Of a stretch of 64,000 nucleotides of DNA, positions 1 through 10,465 are shown in pieces (the stretch's first letter is position 1; each line of letters opens with the position of its first letter). The translations under genes and the position numbers were made by a program. The notes beneath the pieces are model-generated. The model did no database searches, had not been told where the DNA came from, and worked only from the letters and a program-made list of their open reading frames with translations. This DNA is from an uncultured Sphingomonadales bacterium. GTDB taxonomy: Bacteria > Pseudomonadota > Alphaproteobacteria > Sphingomonadales > CAKZYD01. The stretch lies in NCBI GenBank assembly GCA_964590595.1, contig CAZPXQ010000003.1:71357-135356 (forward strand), in the 5' to 3' direction.

Positions 1-773
1 TTCCCAATCGACGCCAAATGCACCCGCACCTGATGCGTGCGGCCGGTCTCCAATTGGCACTCAACCTCGGCAGCGAACGCTTTGGCGCCGCCGCCAAAGA
101 CCCGCTTCACCCGATAGCGGGTGGCGGCATGGCGTCCACGTCCGGGCTGTTGGACCGCCATTTTCTTGCGGTCGCGGGCATGGCGGCCGATGGCCGCCTC
201 GATCCGCCCCGCCAATGGCGTCGGGCGGCCCCAGACCAGCGCGGTATAGACCCGTTCGATGTCGTGACTGGCGAACAAGGCGGCCAGGCCTTGATGCGCG
301 GCGTCGGACTTGGCCACCACCATCACGCCGGAGGTATCCTTGTCCAGCCGGTGGACGATGCCGGGGCGGGCAACGCCGCCAATACCCGAAAGCTGGTCGC
401 CGCAATGCGCGATCAAAGCGTTGACCAAGGTGCCGCCGTGATGGCCGGGCGCGGGATGCACGACCAGTCCGGCGGGCTTGTCCAGCACCACAAGGTCAGC
501 GTCTTCATAGAGGATGTTCAGCGCCATGGCTTCGGCCGCCGGCTGCGCCTTGACCGGCGCCGGCACTTCAACGTTGATCCGTTCGCCGCCCGCCAGCTTG
601 CGCGCCGGGTCGGTGCAAATGGCGTCATTGAGCCGAACCTTGCCGTCCTGGATCAAGGCTTGCACCCGCATCCGCGACATCGGCGCCATCGCCGCCGCCA
701 GCGCCTTGTCCAGGCGTTGGCCGGCGATGTCGTCGGCGAGGCGAAGGTCGACCGGTTCGGCGGGCGGTTCCAT
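1..773 (-). CDS. rluD: RluA/RluD-family 23S rRNA pseudouridine synthase (3' end runs off the window)
   Basis: Not in the ORF track; manual translation from ATG at 773 gives MEPPAEPVDLRLADDIAGQRLDKALAAAMAPMSRMRVQALIQDGKV (S4 domain) and later the catalytic motif IVHRLDKDTSG. Confidence 0.9.
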   Translation of the reverse strand, partial: MEPPAEPVDLRLADDIAGQRLDKALAAAMAPMSRMRVQALIQDGKVRLNDAICTDPARKLAGGERINVEVPAPVKAQPAAEAMALNILYEDADLVVLDKPAGLVVHPAPGHHGGTLVNALIAHCGDQLSGIGGVARPGIVHRLDKDTSGVMVVAKSDAAHQGLAALFASHDIERVYTALVWGRPTPLAGRIEAAIGRHARDRKKMAVQQPGRGRHAATRYRVKRVFGGGAKAFAAEVECQLETGRTHQVRVHLASIG

Positions 774-833
774 GCTGTGCGGCTTTGCCTGGCTGGTTAT
801 AATGCGCCCATGTCTGTGACAGCAGAGGGCAAA

Positions 834-1307
834 ATGGTCAATCGCCATGACACGCCGCCCAGGGCCAAGGCGGTGCATTTGCAGGCCCACCACCAAGCCA
901 TGATCGCGCGGGCCGCGCGCGCGGCCTGGCCGGCGGAAGCCTGTGGCTTGTTGATCGGCACGCGCACCGATGATGGCGCGGTCATCGTTGAACAGGTGAT
1001 GGTTACCGCCAATGCCATGGCCGGGCAAAACCATGACCGCTTTGAAATCGCCCCTGAAGTGCTGCTTAGCGCCCATCGCGGCGCTCGCGCGGCGGGGACC
1101 AGCATCGTTGGCCACTTTCATTCCCATCCCAGCGGCGATGCGTCGCCATCGGCCACCGACGCGGCTTGGGCGGAGGAACCCGGGGTGATTTGGTTGATCC
1201 AGGCGGTTGAGGCGCGGACGATGGGCCCGCTGCGCGCGTTCGTGGCGCAAGGCGAGGGCGCTGGCCCGGCCTTTACCCCCCTTGCCATCGTCACCATGCC
1301 TCAGTAA
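834..1307 (+). CDS. JAB/MPN (Mov34, M67 family) metallopeptidase
   Basis: C-terminal part of ORF 18..1307: EACGLLIG plus JAMM motif HFHSHPSGDASPSATD; start uncertain (810, 834 or 900). Confidence 0.85.
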   Translation: MVNRHDTPPRAKAVHLQAHHQAMIARAARAAWPAEACGLLIGTRTDDGAVIVEQVMVTANAMAGQNHDRFEIAPEVLLSAHRGARAAGTSIVGHFHSHPSGDASPSATDAAWAEEPGVIWLIQAVEARTMGPLRAFVAQGEGAGPAFTPLAIVTMPQ

Positions 1308-1334
1308 GCCTGTCCAGGGAAAGGCAGGACAGAC

Positions 1335-1547
1335 GTGGCGCTGGGCACCATCAAATGGTTCAACGATTCCAAGGGTTATGGCTTTATCCGCCCGGATGAA
1401 GGCGCCCGCGATGTGTTCGTCCATATCTCGGCCCTGCGGCGCAGCGGAATCGACGCGGTCAAGGAAGGCCAGCGGGTTGAATATGAACTGACCCAAGACC
1501 GCGACGGCAAAGCCAGCGCCAATCGCTTAAGGGTATTGCAGGCCTAG
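1335..1547 (+). CDS. Cold-shock protein (CspA family)
   Basis: GTIKWFNDSKGYGFI (RNP1) and DVFVHIS (RNP2); GTG start with upstream AGGA. Confidence 0.95.
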   Translation: MALGTIKWFNDSKGYGFIRPDEGARDVFVHISALRRSGIDAVKEGQRVEYELTQDRDGKASANRLRVLQA

Positions 1548-1558
1548 CCCTGCCTGGC

Positions 1559-1774
1559 TCAGGCGGCGGGGCGATTGCCATCGGCAGCCTGATGGCTGGC
1601 TGGGTGGTGACCCTGCTGATCCAAAAAATCATCCAGCTCGACAATCGCGATTTTAAGATGCAGGGCCGCAACCTTCAAATCATGGTCCAGAGTGTCGGCC
1701 AACAGCCGGTTCAGGCAGTGGCGCAAACTGCTGGCAAAGGCGATCCGTGGTTCCGGCAGAGGGTTTTCAGACAT
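1559..1774 (-). CDS. Small hypothetical protein (71 aa)
   Basis: Fills the gap between csp and rsmD; amphipathic helical sequence; AT-rich promoter-like upstream region. Confidence 0.45.
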   Translation of the reverse strand: MSENPLPEPRIAFASSLRHCLNRLLADTLDHDLKVAALHLKIAIVELDDFLDQQGHHPASHQAADGNRPAA

Positions 1775-1898
1775 GACATGGCCCCGTCAAGATGCGCGAA
1801 ATACAACCAAGGGTATTATTGAATCACCCTATATACATCTTAAGGGGGATATGGTTAATAAATCAAGAAAAAGTGTAATAACAATATAATATACAACT

Positions 1899-2450
1899 TT
1901 AACGATAGTCATGCAAGATCAGCAGTTCCGATTTGCCGATCCGGCGGATTTCCTGTTCGCCAGGCCAGTCGATCTGCTCGCTGCGGTCGCCAGCGGCGCG
2001 TTCGATCACCACCCAACTCGCGGGGCCGATCCAGTGTTGGCGGATCAGCGCGGGCAGCGCCGCGGCGGCCAGTCCCTGGCGATAGGGGGGGTCCATGAAA
2101 ATCAGGTCATAGGGCTGGTCCGCCGGCGGTGGCTGACGCGCATCGCCAGCAAGGATGCGGCAGGCGTCGGTCGCGCCCAGCAGCCGCGCATTGGCCGCCA
2201 ATAGCCGCCGCGCCGCGGGCTCGGTATCAATGAAGGTGACCGCCTTGGCGCCTCGCGACAGCGCTTCAAAGCCAAGCGCGCCGCTGCCGGCGAACACGTC
2301 GGCGACCAAGGCGTCGACCAGGGGCTGTTGCGGCCGGTGCGCCAACAGGTTGAACAGGGATTCGCGCAGTCGGTCGCTGCTAGGCCGGATGAAGCCATTC
2401 TCGGGGCTTTGCAGGCGGCGGCCACGATATTTGCCGGCGATGATGCGCAT
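1899..2450 (-). CDS. rsmD: 16S rRNA m2G966 methyltransferase RsmD
   Basis: MRIIAGKYRGRRL, RPSSDRLRESLFN, DVFAGSGALGFEALSRGA, DPPY. Confidence 0.95.
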   Translation of the reverse strand: MRIIAGKYRGRRLQSPENGFIRPSSDRLRESLFNLLAHRPQQPLVDALVADVFAGSGALGFEALSRGAKAVTFIDTEPAARRLLAANARLLGATDACRILAGDARQPPPADQPYDLIFMDPPYRQGLAAAALPALIRQHWIGPASWVVIERAAGDRSEQIDWPGEQEIRRIGKSELLILHDYR

Positions 2451-2454
2451 GGGC

Positions 2455-3288
2455 TTAGTGTCGCTGCTTGCGTGGTGGCTTGTTGGGCCTGGGCTTGGCC
2501 TTGGCCCAGCCTTTTGGTCGCGCCGGCTTGCCGGCGGCGGCGGGCAGCCGCATATGCTCCAGCACCGGCTGGGCGATACTGATCCAGTCCTTGCGCGGCA
2601 CCGCGGCGATTTCCCCCGGCGTCAGCCTGCCCAGCAGAAACGGGCCATAGGCAATGCGAATCAGCCGCGACACATCCAGGCCCAAATGCGCCATCACTTT
2701 GCGCACCTCGCGATTCTTGCCTTCATTAAGGCTGACTTCCAGCCAGGCATTGGCGCCTTGGCGGCGTTCCAGCCGGGCCGTGATCGGACCATAACGAATG
2801 CCGTCCACGGTCACGCCTTCAGCCAAGGTCGCCAGCGCGGTTTCATCGACCCGGCCATGCACCCGCACCCGATAGCGCCGGGCCAGCCCGGTGGCGGGCA
2901 GTTCCAAATGCCGCGCCAGCGCGCCGTCATTGGTCAGCAGCAGCAAACCCTCGGAATTCACGTCCAGCCGGCCCACCGAGATCACCCGCGGCAGGCCTGG
3001 CGGCAGTTTCGCGAATACCGTCGGCCGACCTTGCGGGTCATGATGGCTGACCACCAGGCCGGCGGGTTTGTGATAGCGCCAAAGCTGGACCGGCTCGATT
3101 GGCCGCACCGGTTCACCGTCGACGGTGATGCCGTCCAAATCAGCCACCAAGGTCGCCGGACTGTCCAGCACCCGGCCGGCCAGCGCAATGCGGCCTTCGG
3201 CAATCATCGCTTCCACCCCCCGGCGCGAGCCGACGCCTGCGCGGGCCAATAATTTGGCGATGCGTTCTTTTTTGGGTTCTTTGATCAT
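2455..3288 (-). CDS. rluB: RsuA/RluB-family rRNA pseudouridine synthase
   Basis: ERIAKLLARAGVGSRR (S4), VGRLDVNSEGLLLLTNDG, EGKNREVRK; start trimmed to ATG 3288. Confidence 0.9.
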   Translation of the reverse strand: MIKEPKKERIAKLLARAGVGSRRGVEAMIAEGRIALAGRVLDSPATLVADLDGITVDGEPVRPIEPVQLWRYHKPAGLVVSHHDPQGRPTVFAKLPPGLPRVISVGRLDVNSEGLLLLTNDGALARHLELPATGLARRYRVRVHGRVDETALATLAEGVTVDGIRYGPITARLERRQGANAWLEVSLNEGKNREVRKVMAHLGLDVSRLIRIAYGPFLLGRLTPGEIAAVPRKDWISIAQPVLEHMRLPAAAGKPARPKGWAKAKPRPNKPPRKQRH

Positions 3289-3367
3289 GGCGCGACCATA
3301 ATGACGAGTTGCGCGCGCGTCCATCACGGCTTGACGGCGCTGGCTAGCCTCCGCATTGTCGGCGGCG

Positions 3368-3817
3368 ATGACACAGATGCAAAGCCCGATGGAACTGGCG
3401 CTGCAACAGGCGCGGGCTGCGGTGGCCGTTGGCGAGGCGCCGATTGGCGCGGTGATCGTGCATGGCGGCGCGGTCATTGCTCAGGCCCATAACCGGGTTC
3501 TAAGCTTGAAGGACCCAACGGCGCACGCGGAGATTTTGGCGATCCGCCAAGCAGCGCTTGCGCTGGATAATGAGCGGCTGCTGGGCTGCGACTTATATAC
3601 GACGCTGGAGCCCTGCGCGATGTGCGCGCAGGCGATTGCCTTTGCCCGCATCCGGCGGCTGTATTTCGGCGCCGAGGATCGCAAAGGCGGCGGCGTGGTT
3701 CATGGCGCCCGGGTATTTTCCCACGCCACCTGCCATCATAAACCGGAGATTTATGGCGGTGTCGGCGAGCAGGAAGCGGCCGCACTTTTGCGAGACTTTT
3801 TCCAGGCGCGGCGCTAA
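3368..3817 (+). CDS. tadA: tRNA adenosine deaminase / nucleoside deaminase TadA
   Basis: DPTAHAE and TLEPCAMC zinc-deaminase motifs. Confidence 0.9.
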   Translation: MTQMQSPMELALQQARAAVAVGEAPIGAVIVHGGAVIAQAHNRVLSLKDPTAHAEILAIRQAALALDNERLLGCDLYTTLEPCAMCAQAIAFARIRRLYFGAEDRKGGGVVHGARVFSHATCHHKPEIYGGVGEQEAAALLRDFFQARR

Positions 3818-3826
3818 CATCGCCGC

Positions 3827-5158
3827 ATGCTTCAGCAATGGACCGAGCCCGAACGCTGGCGGCAATTGGCCGAGACGGCGCTAGCTTGGCTGCAAGCCCA
3901 TGTCTTGACGTTGGATGCCGGCCTGCAAGCCATGGTGTTGATCTTGGCCGTGCTGCTGAGCGGTTGGCTGGGCCGGCGGATCAGCGGCTGGTGCCAGGCG
4001 CTGATTGGCCAATGGCCACCCTATCGCCGGGTCGCGCCGTTCATCGACACCCTAACCCCGCCGATTGCCGCCTTGCTGGTGATCCGCCTGGGTGCGGCGG
4101 CATTGGCGATGGCGGGTTTTGGCGAAGGGCTGTTGGCGGTGGCGACCAGCCTGTTGCTTGCCTGGATCGCGGTGCGCTTTGCGTCCAACTTCATCCGCAA
4201 CCGCCAGGCCGCCAAGGCGTTCGCTGGTATTGCCTGGACCCTAGCCGCGCTGAATATTCTGGGTCTGCTTGCGCCATTGATCGACACCTTGCGCGCCTTT
4301 GGTTTCAGCATTGGCGAGACCCGCTTGTCGGCCTATAGCGTGCTGACGGCGGTGTTGACGGCGGTGGCGTTGATTTGGCTGGCGTTGTTCTTGTCGCGCA
4401 CCACCGAGGAACAGTTGGCCCGTGTCAAGGGTCTGAACCCGTCGCTGCAAGTGCTATTCGGAAAGATGGTGCGCATTCTGCTGCTGGTGATCGCGGTGTT
4501 GATCGCGCTGGCTGGCGCGGGCATCGATCTGACCGCCTTTGCCGTGTTTTCGGGCGCCCTGGGTGTTGGCCTTGGTTTTGGTCTGCAAAAAGTGGTGTCG
4601 AATTTTGTTTCCGGCACCATCTTGTTAATGGACCGGTCGATCAAGCCGGGCGACGTCATCGAAATCGGTCAGACCTATGGCTGGATCAACAAACTGGCGG
4701 CGCGTTATACCTCGGTGGTGACCCGCGACGGGACGGAGTTTCTGATTCCCAATGAGGACATGATCACCCAGCAGGTGGTCAATTGGTCGCATTCCGACCG
4801 CAATGTCCGCCGCCGGATTCCCGTGCAGGTTGCTTATTCCAGCGATGTCAAAAAAGCCATGCGACTGATGGAGGAGGCGGCCAGCCGGGTGTCTCGGGTG
4901 CTAACCAAGCCGGCGCCGCGCACCTTGATCCGCGGTTTCGGTTCCGACGGGGTCGATTTGGAACTGCGCATCTGGATCGACGATCCCTATAATGGCGTCT
5001 CCAACATCGCGTCGGAAATCATGGAACAGATTTGGGACTTGTTCCATGAACATGGCATCGAATTTCCGTTTCCGCAGCGCGATGTCCATATTGCGGCCGA
5101 TGCGGTGGAGCGGCTGCGGGCATTGCTGGCGGAGATCAACAAACCGAAAACGGTTTAA
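3827..5158 (+). CDS. Mechanosensitive ion channel, MscS family
   Basis: Several TM helices, GALGVGLGFGLQKVVSNFVSG, IKPGDVIEIG, IPNE, IEFPFPQRDVH. Confidence 0.92.
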   Translation: MLQQWTEPERWRQLAETALAWLQAHVLTLDAGLQAMVLILAVLLSGWLGRRISGWCQALIGQWPPYRRVAPFIDTLTPPIAALLVIRLGAAALAMAGFGEGLLAVATSLLLAWIAVRFASNFIRNRQAAKAFAGIAWTLAALNILGLLAPLIDTLRAFGFSIGETRLSAYSVLTAVLTAVALIWLALFLSRTTEEQLARVKGLNPSLQVLFGKMVRILLLVIAVLIALAGAGIDLTAFAVFSGALGVGLGFGLQKVVSNFVSGTILLMDRSIKPGDVIEIGQTYGWINKLAARYTSVVTRDGTEFLIPNEDMITQQVVNWSHSDRNVRRRIPVQVAYSSDVKKAMRLMEEAASRVSRVLTKPAPRTLIRGFGSDGVDLELRIWIDDPYNGVSNIASEIMEQIWDLFHEHGIEFPFPQRDVHIAADAVERLRALLAEINKPKTV

Positions 5159-6385
5159 TCAATTTGGTCTTTCGGTGACGCGGACGCCGTCTTCCACCGC
5201 ATTACCCGGATGCAGCACCACCTGCGTGCCCGCTTCAAGGCCGGACAGAACTTGCGCTTGATGGTCGTTGCGTTGGCCCAAGGCGATGCGGCGAATGCGG
5301 GCGACACCATCATCAATGACGAACACCGCCCAGTCGCCGCGCAAACGAAACAGCGCGCTGGCCGGCACCTGCAGCACATCCTCGCCTTGCCAGACAATGA
5401 TCCGCGCTTCCACCCGATAGCCATGGCCCAGCGCGTGCCAGCTTGCGGCCGGCCCAGAGAAGTCAATAATCACATTGACCCGCTGTTCCTCAACCCCAAG
5501 TGCTGAAATCTTGGTGAAGCCAAAGGGCTCGATGCGCCGCACCACGCCAGTCAAAATGTCGCCGCCGCCCCAGCCGACGATTTCCACCGCCGCGCCTTCG
5601 GCGATCTTGACCGCGTCCATCGACAGCAAATCAACCACGATTTCCAAGTCATTGGGGTCGCCCAACGACACCAGCGGCGTGCCCGGCGCGACCACGGTTT
5701 CGCTTTCCTGCAAGACCTGCAGCACCCGGCCCGACACCGGCGCCCGGACATTCAAGCAGCACGTCGCCCCTATGCCGGATTGGGCTTCATTGCCGGGTGT
5801 GATCAGCATCGCTTGCGCGCTTTCTAGCTGAAAGCGGGCGACATCGACCGAAGCTTGGGCCGTTTGCATGGCCGCCTGGGCGCGCTCGAAACTGGCGCGG
5901 GCGCGGTCCAAGGCAGCTTGCGAGACGGTGCGAGACTGAAACAGCTGCTCGATCCGTTCAAGTTCGGTACGCGCCAACTCGCGGTCGGCGGCGGCGCGCC
6001 TGACATCGGCCTGAGCCAGCGCCAGGGCGGCCTTGGCGGCGCTGATCTGGGCCTTGGCCTTGGTCTCGCTGCGGCGGTCGAGAAAGGCCGGCGCCGAAGG
6101 CTCAATCCGCGCCAAGATCGTTTCGCCGGCTTGCGCGGCATCACCGGCATCGGCGGTGACGCGCAGCAGCCTGCCGCCAACCGGCGCTGAAATCACATAG
6201 GCCTCGCGGACCCGGGTTTCGCCTTCCTCATCCACCGTCACGGTCAGCGGCGCCCGCGTCACCTGGCCAATATCAACCGCCACCGGCGGCGACCGCAAGG
6301 CCAACACCAGTAAAAGCACAAGTAAGGCAATGCCGGCGCCAATCAGCGCGCGGCGCAGCCAAAGCCGGGTGGTCGCTGCATCCAT
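5159..6385 (-). CDS. HlyD/MacA-type membrane fusion protein
   Basis: N-terminal TM anchor, ISAPVGG and VRAPVSG lipoyl half-motifs flanking a coiled coil; downstream of ABC genes. Confidence 0.9.
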   Translation of the reverse strand: MDAATTRLWLRRALIGAGIALLVLLLVLALRSPPVAVDIGQVTRAPLTVTVDEEGETRVREAYVISAPVGGRLLRVTADAGDAAQAGETILARIEPSAPAFLDRRSETKAKAQISAAKAALALAQADVRRAAADRELARTELERIEQLFQSRTVSQAALDRARASFERAQAAMQTAQASVDVARFQLESAQAMLITPGNEAQSGIGATCCLNVRAPVSGRVLQVLQESETVVAPGTPLVSLGDPNDLEIVVDLLSMDAVKIAEGAAVEIVGWGGGDILTGVVRRIEPFGFTKISALGVEEQRVNVIIDFSGPAASWHALGHGYRVEARIIVWQGEDVLQVPASALFRLRGDWAVFVIDDGVARIRRIALGQRNDHQAQVLSGLEAGTQVVLHPGNAVEDGVRVTERPN

Positions 6386-6390
6386 AGGTT

Positions 6391-8793
6391 TTACTCCCGG
6401 CTCTTTAAGACGCGGATCAGGTCCAGCTTGTCAATACGCCGCCGTACGATCAATGCCGACGCGGCGGCGGCCACCAGCACGGTGATCACGCCCAGGGCGA
6501 TGGTGCGTCCGCTCAGGGCATAGGGGACGATGAACAAATCGGTCGAAAACCGTTCGGCGATGAACCAGGATAAGCCCATGCCCATGGCAATGCCCAAGGG
6601 CAGCGATGCCAGCACCAAGATCGCCAGTTCCCCCAGCGCGATCACCGAAACTTCGCTGCGCTTGAACCCCAGCACCCGCATCGACGCCAAGTCGCGGGCG
6701 CGTTCGGAAAGAGAGATGCGGGCATTATTATAGACCACGCCAATGACGATCAGGCTGGCGAAAACGGTATTTATCAGGGTCATGATGCCGAGATTTTCAG
6801 CCATCGTCCGATTGAAGGTTTCAATTGACGTCTCGGTCAAAGACAGCCCAGCCACAGCCGGGGTTTGTTTCAGTCTTTCGTACAGCGTCGGCAATTGCTG
6901 CTCATCGACCATGACATAAACGCCATTAATCACATCGCCTTCCTGCATCAGCGCGTTCAGCGCCCGAATATCCATATAGGCTGGGGTGCCGATATAGACA
7001 TCGACCAGCGCGGTCACTGGAATGCTGAGTGTTGGGCGGCGGCCCTCCATTACCTCCACAATTAGCCGGTCGCCGGCGGCGATGCCCAATTGGTCGGCCA
7101 GCGATTGCGACAGTGTCACCCCAAAGGGAGCGGGATCGACACCTTTTTGGCGCATGTCGATCAGCCGGTTCATGCGGGCGCCGGGCGCCACCCCGGTCAG
7201 GCCTTGGCGCTTTTCCTTGGCGCCGAATTTCAGCCGCGCTGGCACATTGCGAAACGGTTCAACCGCCATCACCCCGGGTAGCCGCGAAAAGGCGTGGAGG
7301 ATGCCGCCGGCGCGCGGTTCAATCAGACTGATGGTGGCATCCTGGCGCTGCGCATAATCGAAGGTCAGCTCGATCATCCGGCCGACATTGTCGTTGCTGG
7401 ATTCCGAAGCGATGCGCAGCCCCAGCGCCATGGCGATGCCGAGCACGGTCAGCGCGGCGCGGCCGGGCCGGCGTATCAGATGCCGCAACACGATCCGCGC
7501 CGGTTCGCCCAGCCATCGGGTGGTGGCCAGCCGGCGGCTCAGCCTGCCGGAATAATCGATCGGGGCGGGGGGCCGCATCGCCACCGCCGGCGCCAAACGG
7601 GCGGCGCGGCTGACTGCCAAATAGGTGCCGGCCAGGGCTGCCGCCACGCTGATCAGCGCGCCCAGGGCATACACATCGCTGCCGGCATCGAAATAGAGGA
7701 AGGGAAAGACGAAAAAGTCCTGATAGATCGACGCCAGGCCACGTCCCAACCAAGCGCCGGCGGCAAAGCCCAAGGCCACGCCTAAGCCGGTCAACAACAA
7801 CACCATTTTGGTATAATGCCAGCCGACCGCGAAGGTAGAATAGCCGAAGGCCTTCAACAGGCCGATTTGTTCCCGTTCGGTCTCGATCAGGCGCGAGAGC
7901 ACCACATTCAGTAAAAACGCCGCCACGCCCAAAAAAATCGGCGGCAGAATGCCGGTCATGGTTTTGAGCTGCTCCATCTCATTGGAGAGAAATTCATCCG
8001 AGATATGTTCGTCCCGGCCATAGGCGCCGATGCCACCATAACGGTCGAGGATCAAGTCCAGCCGGCGCATCACTTCCGCTTTGTCGCCGCCGCGTTCCAG
8101 CGCCGCCAGCACCTCATTGAAGGCGCCGTCCAGGTCGAAAGCGGCGGCAAGATGTTCGCGGCCCATCCACAACACGCCAAAGCGCTTGGGGTCTGGCAGC
8201 AATTGGCCGGCGGCGATGGCATAGACATATTCAGGCGACAGCACCAAGCCGGTCACTTTCAGGCGCTGGCGCTTGCCCTTTAGATTGGCGTGGAACCGGT
8301 CGCCGGGCACCAGGCCATGGGCTTGCGCGAAGGCTTCCAGCACCAGCACCTCATCATCGGCATTGGGGTCGACCATGCGGCCGGAGCGCAAAACCACCGC
8401 ATTCAAGCGCGGCGTGCCCGACGCCGGTAGCGAATGCACCCGGCCGGTCACCGGCTCCGCCATCCCCGGCACGTCCAGCACCACATTAACGGTGATCCGG
8501 GTCTCGGCGCTGCGGATGCCGGGCAAGGTGCGGATTTCATGGATCAGATATTCCGGCGCGCGTTTGACCGGCGCCCAGACATCGGCGAAGCGATAGCGGT
8601 CATAATAGGCGTCGCGGGTGTTCTCCAGTGAGCGGATCATGCCGGTCGACATGATGAACATGGCGACCCCGCAGCCGATCACCAGCGCAATCGCCAGCGC
8701 TTGGCCGCGCAAATGCCATAAGTCGCGCATCAGCTTGCGGTCCAGCGGCGCCAATGGCCGCAGCAGGCGGTTGAGCTGTTGTTCCAGCCTCAC
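6391..8793 (-). CDS. ABC transporter permease with duplicated FtsX/MacB domains
   Basis: Two repeats of a periplasmic domain plus TM block with [12 protein letters not shown] and [13 protein letters not shown]. Confidence 0.9.
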   Translation of the reverse strand: MRLEQQLNRLLRPLAPLDRKLMRDLWHLRGQALAIALVIGCGVAMFIMSTGMIRSLENTRDAYYDRYRFADVWAPVKRAPEYLIHEIRTLPGIRSAETRITVNVVLDVPGMAEPVTGRVHSLPASGTPRLNAVVLRSGRMVDPNADDEVLVLEAFAQAHGLVPGDRFHANLKGKRQRLKVTGLVLSPEYVYAIAAGQLLPDPKRFGVLWMGREHLAAAFDLDGAFNEVLAALERGGDKAEVMRRLDLILDRYGGIGAYGRDEHISDEFLSNEMEQLKTMTGILPPIFLGVAAFLLNVVLSRLIETEREQIGLLKAFGYSTFAVGWHYTKMVLLLTGLGVALGFAAGAWLGRGLASIYQDFFVFPFLYFDAGSDVYALGALISVAAALAGTYLAVSRAARLAPAVAMRPPAPIDYSGRLSRRLATTRWLGEPARIVLRHLIRRPGRAALTVLGIAMALGLRIASESSNDNVGRMIELTFDYAQRQDATISLIEPRAGGILHAFSRLPGVMAVEPFRNVPARLKFGAKEKRQGLTGVAPGARMNRLIDMRQKGVDPAPFGVTLSQSLADQLGIAAGDRLIVEVMEGRRPTLSIPVTALVDVYIGTPAYMDIRALNALMQEGDVINGVYVMVDEQQLPTLYERLKQTPAVAGLSLTETSIETFNRTMAENLGIMTLINTVFASLIVIGVVYNNARISLSERARDLASMRVLGFKRSEVSVIALGELAILVLASLPLGIAMGMGLSWFIAERFSTDLFIVPYALSGRTIALGVITVLVAAAASALIVRRRIDKLDLIRVLKSRE

Positions 8794-9542
8794 CAGCTGA
8801 TCCCCGCCGGCGGCTTGCGGGTGGCATTGCGCTTTTCCTCAGCCAACCGGCCATCGGCGAAAAACAGCACCCGGTCGGCCATGTCGGCGATGCCGGCATT
8901 GTGGGTGATGATCATGGTGGTGGTGCCGGTTTCGCGATTGACCTGCTCCAGCGCCTCCAACACCTTGACCCCGGTCTTGGAATCCAGCGCGCCGGTGGGC
9001 TCGTCGCAGAGCAGCACTGTCGGCCGCTTGGCGATGGCGCGAGCGATTGCCACCCGCTGCTGCTCGCCGCCGGAAAGCTGGGCCGGGAAATGATCCAGCC
9101 GGCCGCCCAAGCCAACCATGGCCAAGGCCTGATCGGGCGGCATTGGATTGTCGGCGATCTCGGTGATCAGGCCGACATTTTCACGCGCGGTCAAGGACGG
9201 GATCAGATTGTAGAATTGAAAAATGAAGCCGACTTCGTGGCGACGATATTGCGTGAGTTCAGCGTCGGAAAGGCGGGTGATGTCGGTGCCGCGAAACCAC
9301 ACTTGGCCCGCCGATGGCGCATCCAGGCCGCCGAGAATATTAAGCAGTGTCGATTTGCCGGAACCCGACGGCCCCAGCAGCACCGTCAATTCGCCATCCG
9401 GCACTTCCAGGTCGACACCGCGCAAGGCATGAACGGCGGCGACGCCCTCGCCATAGACCTTGGTCAGGCCAAGGGTGCGAAAGGTTGGCGGCGGCGCGGC
9501 GGCCGGTGCTTGTGACTGTGCCTGGCCCGGCGGTTCGGCCAT
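8790..9542 (-). CDS. ABC transporter ATP-binding protein (LolD/MacB-like)
   Basis: [32 protein letters not shown]. Confidence 0.95.
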   Translation of the reverse strand: MAEPPGQAQSQAPAAAPPPTFRTLGLTKVYGEGVAAVHALRGVDLEVPDGELTVLLGPSGSGKSTLLNILGGLDAPSAGQVWFRGTDITRLSDAELTQYRRHEVGFIFQFYNLIPSLTARENVGLITEIADNPMPPDQALAMVGLGGRLDHFPAQLSGGEQQRVAIARAIAKRPTVLLCDEPTGALDSKTGVKVLEALEQVNRETGTTTMIITHNAGIADMADRVLFFADGRLAEEKRNATRKPPAGISW

Positions 9543-9608
9543 GCGCGGCTCTCCATTAGCAAGGGAAAACCAGCATGCGGCAGCATCGCCGCCAAGACAA
9601 GACCAGCC

Positions 9609-10274
9609 TTAAACGATTGGCGACAAGGTGATTTCCACGCGCCGGTTCAACGCCCGGCCTTCCGCCGTCGCATTATCGGCGATGGGGGCTGCTTCGCCCA
9701 TGCCGCGAATGAGGAAGCGTTCACCCCTGACGTCGCGGCCGATCAGATAATTCGCCACCGCCGAGGCCCGACGCATCGACAAGTCCTGATTATAGGCCTC
9801 CGCCCCGGTGGAGTCGGTATGACCAAGGACATCGACATAGGTTTTCTGAAACTCCTTCAGAACCAGGGCGACCGAATCGAGCACTTCATGAAATTGCGGC
9901 TTGATGTCGGCTTCATCGACATCGAATGTGATGTTGGAAGGCATGTTGAGGATGATGTCGTCGCCCATGCGGGTGACTGACACGCCGGTGCCTTCCAATT
10001 GCCGCCGCAGCTTGGCTTCCTGATTGTCCATATAAGCGCCAACGGCGCCCCCCGCCAGTGCGCCCACGCCCGCGCCGATCAGCATTTCCTTGCGCTTTTT
10101 CTTGCCGCCCACAATAGCCCCGCCAACCGCGCCCACGGCGGCGCCGACGCCAGCGCCAATCGCGGTTTTGCTGGCTTGGCGTTCGCCGGTATAGGGATCG
10201 GTGGTGCAAGCGGCCAGCGCCAGGCTCGCGCTAGCCGCGATGGCGATGGTGTCGAATTTCAAATGCAGTGGCAT
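9609..10274 (-). CDS. OmpA-family lipoprotein with glycine zipper (YiaD-like)
   Basis: Lipobox LAAC, Gly-zipper, GHTDSTG..YNQDLSMRRA..NRRVEI. Confidence 0.92.
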   Translation of the reverse strand: MPLHLKFDTIAIAASASLALAACTTDPYTGERQASKTAIGAGVGAAVGAVGGAIVGGKKKRKEMLIGAGVGALAGGAVGAYMDNQEAKLRRQLEGTGVSVTRMGDDIILNMPSNITFDVDEADIKPQFHEVLDSVALVLKEFQKTYVDVLGHTDSTGAEAYNQDLSMRRASAVANYLIGRDVRGERFLIRGMGEAAPIADNATAEGRALNRRVEITLSPIV

Positions 10275-10465
10275 TGGCTTTCTCCCTCAAGGGCTCAGGT
10301 CAGCGATGATCACCGGCACGCGCCGCCAGACAAATACAATTTTGCTAAATGACCAGCGAATTATGTGAATTTCACGGCCCGCCCTTGCGTGCAGTTCGCG
10401 CTTAAGCGGAGCCTAGTCTTGCGCTATCGTGGCGGCGGCTTTTTCACCCCTTTCCGGAGTCCGTC

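Noticed and set aside
18-810. N-terminal ~265 aa of the 429-aa ORF fused to the JAB domain
   Set aside because: It is the antisense shadow of rluD on the minus strand; the JAB protein starts at about 810-900
834-1307. JAB protease as part of a CBASS or ubiquitin-like defence system
   Set aside because: No E1/E2, cyclase or ubiquitin-like gene nearby; neighbours are housekeeping genes
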